From positions 1 through 64,000 of the IMG/VR virus record IMGVR_UViG_3300009130_000005: a DNA stretch of 64,000 bases; one strand, written 5' to 3'. Shown here piece after piece: positions 58,534 through 64,000 of the stretch (its first letter is position 1; every line of letters begins with the position of its first letter). Under the pieces are notes generated by a model. It saw only the letters and a program-made list of their open reading frames with translations, did no database searches and was not told the origin of the DNA. A program made the position numbers and the translations under genes. The stretch is from a virus.

Positions 58534-58619
58534 GCGGATGTGGCGGAATCGGTAGACGCTACGGACTTAAAATCCGTTGCCCATAGGGCGTGTGGGTTCA
58601 ATTCCCACCATCCGTACCA
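58534..58619 (+). tRNA. tRNA-Leu(TAA)
   Basis: GCGGATG/CATCCGT acceptor, ACGGA-CTTAAAA-TCCGT, long variable arm, encoded CCA. Confidence 0.93.
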
Positions 58620-58792
58620 TTTTTTCTCATTGAAATATACGCCTTTAGTTCGCTTCGTTCTTTCTCGCTCATTTCAGAGAAAGCCTTCTTAGCTTGCAAA
58701 AAGGCAATTTTAACCCTTCTTCCGACTGGCGCATCAAAATTTGGATCACTCATATATTTCAATGTAAGATAATCAATAATATCATTATTCAT
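58598..58792 (-). CDS. Hypothetical protein (3' end overlaps tRNA-Leu)
   Basis: Coupled to the upstream minus-strand gene. Confidence 0.45.
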   Translation of the reverse strand: MNNDIIDYLTLKYMSDPNFDAPVGRRVKIAFLQAKKAFSEMSEKERSELKAYISMRKNGTDGGN

Positions 58793-59153
58793 AAAATAAT
58801 CCAAAACCCAACTTTTCAAGTATATAATTTTTTTGTTTTTCTCCCATGTTCCTTACTAAATAATGAACGTAATCCCTTATCCTCATTTCTCTTTTTTTAG
58901 GATCTCCATTCACAAAATACATAAACATCGAACGATTATATAGCTCATCGAAAAGATATTCTTTTATTTTGAGATTTAATGACTTTTTGTATATTTCCAT
59001 TTTTTCATTTTGTGTCATGGCTTCGTAAGTCTCAGAAGCCTCTGTGGTAGCTTTCATTTGATTAACAATAACAAAGCGACCATCCATAGCATTTAATTTT
59101 CTTTGATATATATATTCAAGTATCAAAGATCTTTCTTTGTAAGTAATTTTCAT
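58785..59153 (-). CDS. Hypothetical protein
   Basis: MKITYKE...; minus-strand GTGTA at 59177-59181. Confidence 0.55.
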   Translation of the reverse strand: MKITYKERSLILEYIYQRKLNAMDGRFVIVNQMKATTEASETYEAMTQNEKMEIYKKSLNLKIKEYLFDELYNRSMFMYFVNGDPKKREMRIRDYVHYLVRNMGEKQKNYILEKLGFGLFYE

Positions 59154-59257
59154 AAGCAATAGTTCTTTATAATTTATACACGCCAACAAACATAAACTGA
59201 CTTAAAAATCAAAAAAAACTTGACTTTGAACAGGAATTATGAGACAATATAAAAATA

Positions 59258-59443
59258 ATGAACAAAACAAGATACACAGAATTTATTATTCTCACAGAAA
59301 TGTGGCAAGACGGAAAATATATAGAGGTTTCAGAAACTATTTTTGAAGAAGATTGGCCTCATGGAAAAGTTGCCAGATTTTGCGCATATATAGCTAAGCA
59401 CCTCGGGTTAAACGAGCTTAATATTTTTTCAAGAATGATATAA
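59258..59443 (+). CDS. Hypothetical protein
   Basis: Follows TTGACT-17-GACAAT. Confidence 0.55.
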   Translation: MNKTRYTEFIILTEMWQDGKYIEVSETIFEEDWPHGKVARFCAYIAKHLGLNELNIFSRMI

Positions 59444-59445
59444 AT

Positions 59446-59619
59446 ATGAATTCATACATTAAAGAGTTAGCAATAAAACTAGACGTACTTAACGAAGAAA
59501 TTAAGGTAATTGAGTCACGAATCCAACCTCACGATTGCGGTCATCTCAAAACAGCGGTAAGCGTAATGAAGGAGAGAGCAAAGGAAATTAGAGAAGAGCT
59601 TTATAATTTTAATGAGTAA
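59446..59619 (+). CDS. Hypothetical phage protein
   Basis: PHDCGHLKTAV motif; not in ORF track. Confidence 0.55.
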   Translation: MNSYIKELAIKLDVLNEEIKVIESRIQPHDCGHLKTAVSVMKERAKEIREELYNFNE

Positions 59620-59998
59620 ATATGATTCAGTATGGGAAACTCATGATTTTGTAATAAAAAAGCTTACGATCAATGAGGATAAATACAATAACCTTCTAGC
59701 AAACATGAATAGCTATGTCGTAATGTTTAAGAAGGGAGCAATAAAAAGAGAAGAAATCCTAAAAATACTAAAAGAAGGCAGGAAAGTATGTAGCGCATTA
59801 GATAGCCTATACAAGAAACATTTATTAAGTATTAGGGAAATCAGAGAATTAATTAAAGATGACGATGTTCCTAGAGAGCGAGTACCCACGGCAGAAGTGG
59901 TAGATGAACTAGAATCGAGCACTAGAGAGCTTATGACAACTATGGCTCAATCTAGAGAGCTTTTTGACATTATAGAAGAGGAGATTAATTATGGATGA
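59612..59998 (+). CDS. Hypothetical protein
   Basis: ORF in operon. Confidence 0.6.
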   Translation: MSKYDSVWETHDFVIKKLTINEDKYNNLLANMNSYVVMFKKGAIKREEILKILKEGRKVCSALDSLYKKHLLSIREIRELIKDDDVPRERVPTAEVVDELESSTRELMTTMAQSRELFDIIEEEINYG

Positions 59999-60284
59999 TA
60001 ACATTTGCCCAGTCACAGATAGAGAAGATGTAATAGATGATTGCTATATTACTATCGAGTTCGGCTACGGAAGCGATAAAGACATGATGACTTATAATTT
60101 TAATACTGTACATGATATCGTGGGAAAAAAGGTTCTAGAGGCGATACAATCGCTTATGCCAAAAGGTAGGTCTGTTGAAGATTTCGGCAGAAATACGATG
60201 GAAGAACTATTTAATGAAAACTGGTGGGAAGAACTTTCTAAAGAAGAAAGAGAAGACTACAGAAAAAGATGGGGGTTAAAATAA
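59991..60284 (+). CDS. Hypothetical protein
   Basis: ORF in operon. Confidence 0.6.
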   Translation: MDDNICPVTDREDVIDDCYITIEFGYGSDKDMMTYNFNTVHDIVGKKVLEAIQSLMPKGRSVEDFGRNTMEELFNENWWEELSKEEREDYRKRWGLK

Positions 60285-60285
60285 T

Positions 60286-60459
60286 ATGAGAGAAGATAAT
60301 ACGACAACAAGAACTTATTTATTAATTGACTATGGAAGACCCCATGCCCATGAATATACAGGCAAGAAGGTTAAAATGACAGAGCAAGAAGCTCATGACA
60401 GAAATTATGCTTTTGCGATAAACAGGGCAAATAAAAGATATATTAAAGATGTTGGGTAA
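60286..60459 (+). CDS. Hypothetical protein
   Basis: 57-aa ORF filling the gap. Confidence 0.5.
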   Translation: MREDNTTTRTYLLIDYGRPHAHEYTGKKVKMTEQEAHDRNYAFAINRANKRYIKDVG

Positions 60460-60655
60460 TTTTAACCCAAAAGCAATTCAAGAACTTGGCAACCTAAGAG
60501 CAGAGGTTGAAGTGAATGATCCTTTATTTAATTTTGCTAAAACGCATCTTAAAAAAACCTCTTTTAATACCGAACAAGAACTAATTGAATTTTTAAAAAA
60601 ATTACCAGACGATGAATGTGATAGGTTCATATCCATGCTCACCTCCGTACAGTGA
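60449..60655 (+). CDS. Hypothetical protein
   Basis: ORF. Confidence 0.5.
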   Translation: MLGNFNPKAIQELGNLRAEVEVNDPLFNFAKTHLKKTSFNTEQELIEFLKKLPDDECDRFISMLTSVQ

Positions 60656-60908
60656 GTACAGGAAAAAAGTGAAATCAAAGCTAGATAAAAAAGCTCCCAA
60701 ACTCCCAACAGATACCTGTATGTATATAAATTTCGTCCAAGAGGTATTACAGGATTTGTATGATGATACGGATTGCAAATTATTAGAAGGTAAAATAAAG
60801 TTAATGAATGAAACATTAGAGTATGTGAGAGGAGCCAACGAATCACTTAGGTCCAATGCTTCATTTTGGCGAAATAAGTATATAGACAAATATGAAAAAA
60901 AATCTTGA
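60612..60908 (+). CDS. Hypothetical protein
   Basis: PDTC...LEYVRGANESLR-type phage motif. Confidence 0.55.
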   Translation: MNVIGSYPCSPPYSEYRKKVKSKLDKKAPKLPTDTCMYINFVQEVLQDLYDDTDCKLLEGKIKLMNETLEYVRGANESLRSNASFWRNKYIDKYEKKS

Positions 60909-60933
60909 CAAATATAATTTAAAGTGGTACTAT
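60905..60933 (+). promoter_or_regulatory. sigma70 promoter
   Basis: TTGACA-17 nt-TACTAT, 6 nt before ATG. Confidence 0.75.
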
Positions 60934-60939
60934 TAAGGC

Positions 60940-61215
60940 ATGTCAAACAAAAAAGGATATTCAACCATAGAAGGATGTATTAGACAGTCTTGCGATTTAC
61001 CATTAGATAAATGGAGAATAGAAACCCGAAAAGGTGGAGCTGAGATTTATGTTGAATGCGCAAATCGGTCTATTTTCATTGGAGAAGGTTATAGTCATCA
61101 AGAATATGGCGAAAGCATGGTTCTTGCAAGCGTTATTGAAAAAGCATTAAATGAATACGAAGAAGAGTACGAATGCCACGACAAAGGAACAAACTCTCAC
61201 TTTGATGGACATTGA
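60940..61215 (+). CDS. Hypothetical protein
   Basis: ORF after promoter. Confidence 0.6.
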   Translation: MSNKKGYSTIEGCIRQSCDLPLDKWRIETRKGGAEIYVECANRSIFIGEGYSHQEYGESMVLASVIEKALNEYEEEYECHDKGTNSHFDGH

Positions 61216-61429
61216 GCAAAGAAGTCTTAAGTATGTTGAATTTCATATGTTTGAAACATTCAAACCTGTTTTTTTAGAACAAATGCAAGCTCACGGATTA
61301 TGGCATGATTCAGAAGGTTATCCTAGATACGAGAGCATTCTCGAAAATAACATAAGCTATCTTTTCCCACCTTTTGATCCAGATAGCGATGAGTATGATA
61401 CATATCAATTTGGAGAAAACGAAGATTAA
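61151..61429 (+). CDS. Hypothetical protein (start uncertain)
   Basis: ORF. Confidence 0.5.
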   Translation: MNTKKSTNATTKEQTLTLMDIEQRSLKYVEFHMFETFKPVFLEQMQAHGLWHDSEGYPRYESILENNISYLFPPFDPDSDEYDTYQFGENED

Positions 61430-61432
61430 TAC

Positions 61433-61633
61433 ATGAAAGAAGAAATAGCAGAAAACGTTTATTTTAATAGAGGCTATGAAAAAGGATATTCAGAAGCACA
61501 GGAATATCTTTCAAAAAAGTTTGAAAAAATTTTAAGTAAAAACGCACATCAATCATACGAAAAAGGCTTTAGAGAGGGAGCAAATCAAAAAGACAATAAA
61601 CCATGCGTTTGCGGTTTTTGGGGAGATAAATAA
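61433..61633 (+). CDS. Hypothetical protein
   Basis: GYEKG repeats. Confidence 0.55.
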   Translation: MKEEIAENVYFNRGYEKGYSEAQEYLSKKFEKILSKNAHQSYEKGFREGANQKDNKPCVCGFWGDK

Positions 61634-61900
61634 ATGAAAATATCAATTACAACAAATAATAAAGTATTTACTGTTGAAGATGAACTTGGTTTTGACTGCA
61701 CAGGCATAAATGAAGCAGTAGAAATGTTCAAGGGTTTACTGGTGTGTGCAGGATTTCACCCCAGCAATGTTGACGATGCTTTTAATACAGAATATCAATG
61801 GTTTACCGAAGAGGAAAGAAATGACAATATGCAAGGTCATCTAAGTCACTCAAATAAAATAGTTAAAGATTGGCATGAAGATTGTCTGAATGGAAAATGA
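61634..61900 (+). CDS. Hypothetical protein
   Basis: ORF in operon. Confidence 0.6.
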   Translation: MKISITTNNKVFTVEDELGFDCTGINEAVEMFKGLLVCAGFHPSNVDDAFNTEYQWFTEEERNDNMQGHLSHSNKIVKDWHEDCLNGK

Positions 61901-62193
61901 TTAATTGGATTAAAGTTGCAGATGAAATTCCCGAAGAAGGTGTAAGATTGCTTTACTTTTTTGAAGGCACAGGAGTATGGACAGGTTTTTACTATGGCAG
62001 AGACGAAGACTACCCCGATTCAAATGACCATATATTTGGTAGCAATGCAGGATTTTTGACAGGTGATGTGACTCATTATTGTTACATTAATTACCCCGAA
62101 GGTGAAGATGCAGAGTGGAGAGTTGACGCAGATAGAGAATTTTTTGAAGAAACTAAATTTCAAATCAACAAAATGAAAGAACCCATTGGCTAA
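61897..62193 (+). CDS. DUF551-like phage protein
   Basis: WIKVADEIPE...VTHY pattern. Confidence 0.55.
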   Translation: MINWIKVADEIPEEGVRLLYFFEGTGVWTGFYYGRDEDYPDSNDHIFGSNAGFLTGDVTHYCYINYPEGEDAEWRVDADREFFEETKFQINKMKEPIG

Positions 62194-62256
62194 TCATGTT
62201 TGCAATATCGACACATTTTTAAAATATGTCGATAAAACTGAAAAATATGTACATAT

Positions 62257-62553
62257 ATGAAAACATTACATAATACTAAAAATTGCAATTACAGAAGATT
62301 CTTGCATAAAAAATTAAAGCACGGCAAAATAAGCGGTAAGTTTTATAAGTTTCTTTGCAGAAATTTTCCCTATCGAGTTACCGCAAGAGAGGTACAAATT
62401 TGTGTCACACAAGTTCTTAATGGTAAAATGACTGAAAATAAAGCTATTTCTACCCTGCAAGGAGCAAGTAATGAACTTAGACGGCAACAAGAGATGTACA
62501 AATCAAATGTAGAGTGCAGAAAGAAAACAGGATTGAAACAAATAAATAAATGA
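62257..62553 (+). CDS. Basic hypothetical protein
   Basis: ORF. Confidence 0.55.
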   Translation: MKTLHNTKNCNYRRFLHKKLKHGKISGKFYKFLCRNFPYRVTAREVQICVTQVLNGKMTENKAISTLQGASNELRRQQEMYKSNVECRKKTGLKQINK

Positions 62554-62640
62554 AACTGCTAAAATGGGTGTGGGAATCAATTTGCGTAATATTAATTCTT
62601 TTTTATTGCATTTGCGCGAGTTTTATGCTAATATTTAATA

Positions 62641-62949
62641 ATGAATAAATACGAAGTAGAAATACAAGAAAACAAAGAAGGTGAACTATACTTTCAAATT
62701 CCAGAAGAGTTACTTGATAAGTTGGGGTGGAAAGAAGGCGACGAACTGAAGTTTATTGAAAAAGGAAATAGCGCATTTCAAATAAAGAAAATGCGCTATG
62801 AGTCAATTGAACTTGATTTCACAGAAGAAGAGTTATACAAATATATGCTTGCAGCTCACGAAAACAAAATGAGCTTCGATGAGTGGGTAGAGATGGCTAT
62901 ATCATCATTCCTAAAGGCTTATGACTCAGATGAGTCAAATAATAAGTAA
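62641..62949 (+). CDS. AbrB/MazE-like DNA-binding protein
   Basis: FQIPEELLDKLGWKEGDEL. Confidence 0.7.
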   Translation: MNKYEVEIQENKEGELYFQIPEELLDKLGWKEGDELKFIEKGNSAFQIKKMRYESIELDFTEEELYKYMLAAHENKMSFDEWVEMAISSFLKAYDSDESNNK

Positions 62950-63053
62950 GATTTTATATCACATAGGTGATTGTATTAGCCTATTACTTAAGTTAAATTT
63001 CTTTAGTTGGCTTTATCCAATTTACAATAAAATAATGTTATTAAGTTGTAGGC

Positions 63054-63082
63054 TTGACAAACACGGAAAAATATGGGAGAAT
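63054..63082 (+). promoter_or_regulatory. sigma70-like promoter of uvsE
   Basis: TTGACA-17 nt-GAGAAT, 6 nt before ATG. Confidence 0.5.
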
Positions 63083-63088
63083 AAATAA

Positions 63089-64000
63089 ATGATATTAGGA
63101 CTTACATGCATTAGCGAACACCTCAAAGACAAGGATAAGAAAAAATATTCTTTTCGTACTATGACCCGAAAGCGGTTTCATCAACTTGAGAGGCATGACG
63201 CAATCAATCAGTTATCAGAAAGAATTCTGCACAATGTAAGAACTACGAGATACATAATCAACCATTGTATATCTCATAACATACTTCATTACCGCTTAAG
63301 TTCTGCTCTATTTCCCTTAATCACTGACAGTCAAACAGATGTAAATCTCGACGACCTTGATCCCATTTGCTTAACTCAAATTAAAGAAGAGTTAGAATTT
63401 GCAGGCAAAATAGCATATAAACATAATTTATCTATTGGCTCTCATCCCGATCAGTTCAATGTTCTTGCCTCCACCAATGAAGATGCAGTAAACAGAACAA
63501 TTAACGAACTAAATTTTCAAGCAAGCGTTCTTGATATGCTAGGTCTTCCGCAAGACCATACCACCCCAATGAACATTCATATTAATTATACTCCAAAAAT
63601 GGATGAAGGCTACGGAATGGTTGCAGATAGATTTTACAAGAATCTTATGCGTTGCGATGCAGGAGTATTCAATCGACTAACTATCGAGAACGAAGATAAA
63701 GGCTTCTTCAATGTAGATAATTGCATTAATTTTAGCGAATATTTACTTGATACATATGATTTTAATTTGCCTGTATGCTACGATAACTTGCACGACTTCT
63801 GCAATCCATCAGAAGAGCGTAATCTTACATTTCAAGCAGAGCGTTGTGCATATACATGGGTAAGCACAAGACAGCCCACAGAAGCTCCTTATAATAACTT
63901 TATTTCTCCTGTCTTTCATTGGTCTGAAGGTAGACCCGATAAGCCAAGAGCTCATGCAGATTATTTTGCACTAGGCAACCTACCGCCTCATATAGCAATT
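63089..64000 (+). CDS. uvsE: UV DNA damage endonuclease (runs off the window end)
   Basis: MILGLTCIS, YRLSSALFP, HPDQFNVL, RLTIENED, YDNLH, FHWSE, AHAD. Confidence 0.9.
   Translation, partial: MILGLTCISEHLKDKDKKKYSFRTMTRKRFHQLERHDAINQLSERILHNVRTTRYIINHCISHNILHYRLSSALFPLITDSQTDVNLDDLDPICLTQIKEELEFAGKIAYKHNLSIGSHPDQFNVLASTNEDAVNRTINELNFQASVLDMLGLPQDHTTPMNIHINYTPKMDEGYGMVADRFYKNLMRCDAGVFNRLTIENEDKGFFNVDNCINFSEYLLDTYDFNLPVCYDNLHDFCNPSEERNLTFQAERCAYTWVSTRQPTEAPYNNFISPVFHWSEGRPDKPRAHADYFALGNLPPHIAI

Overview
AT-rich, gene-dense and almost entirely + strand. This is most consistent with a 64-kb segment of a large (probably jumbo) dsDNA phage; no capsid, terminase or tail core genes fall in this window, so the phage call is inferred from gene content. 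PVC-superphylum-type genes (DUF1549/DUF1553 + DUF1501 pair, Chlamydia-like class Ic NrdB) point to a Verrucomicrobia/Planctomycetes-like host. Contents: nucleotide metabolism (nrdA, nrdB, guaC, dCMP deaminase, dUTPase, NUDIX, NDT-like), a Pol III alpha split into PHP / exonuclease / core genes, a ClpC-like ATPase next to a tmRNA, PhoH, PPase, a macrodomain, uvsE and two tRNAs. There is also a very large glycan-modification arsenal: about 10 glycosyltransferase-like genes, 9 sulfotransferase domains, glf, pyruvyl- and methyltransferases. Best candidates for new biology: (1) an apparently self-contained sulfation cycle (APS kinase fused to an HxGH nucleotidyltransferase, CysQ, PPase, sulfotransferases); (2) a tmRNA with a 31-residue, strongly basic, acid-free tag beside its own Clp ATPase; (3) an orphan ~210-nt structured RNA with its own promoter and terminator; (4) a recurrent GTGTA-N9-12-start motif, probably a phage-specific promoter making leaderless mRNAs. 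All family assignments come from motif recognition by eye, not database searches.
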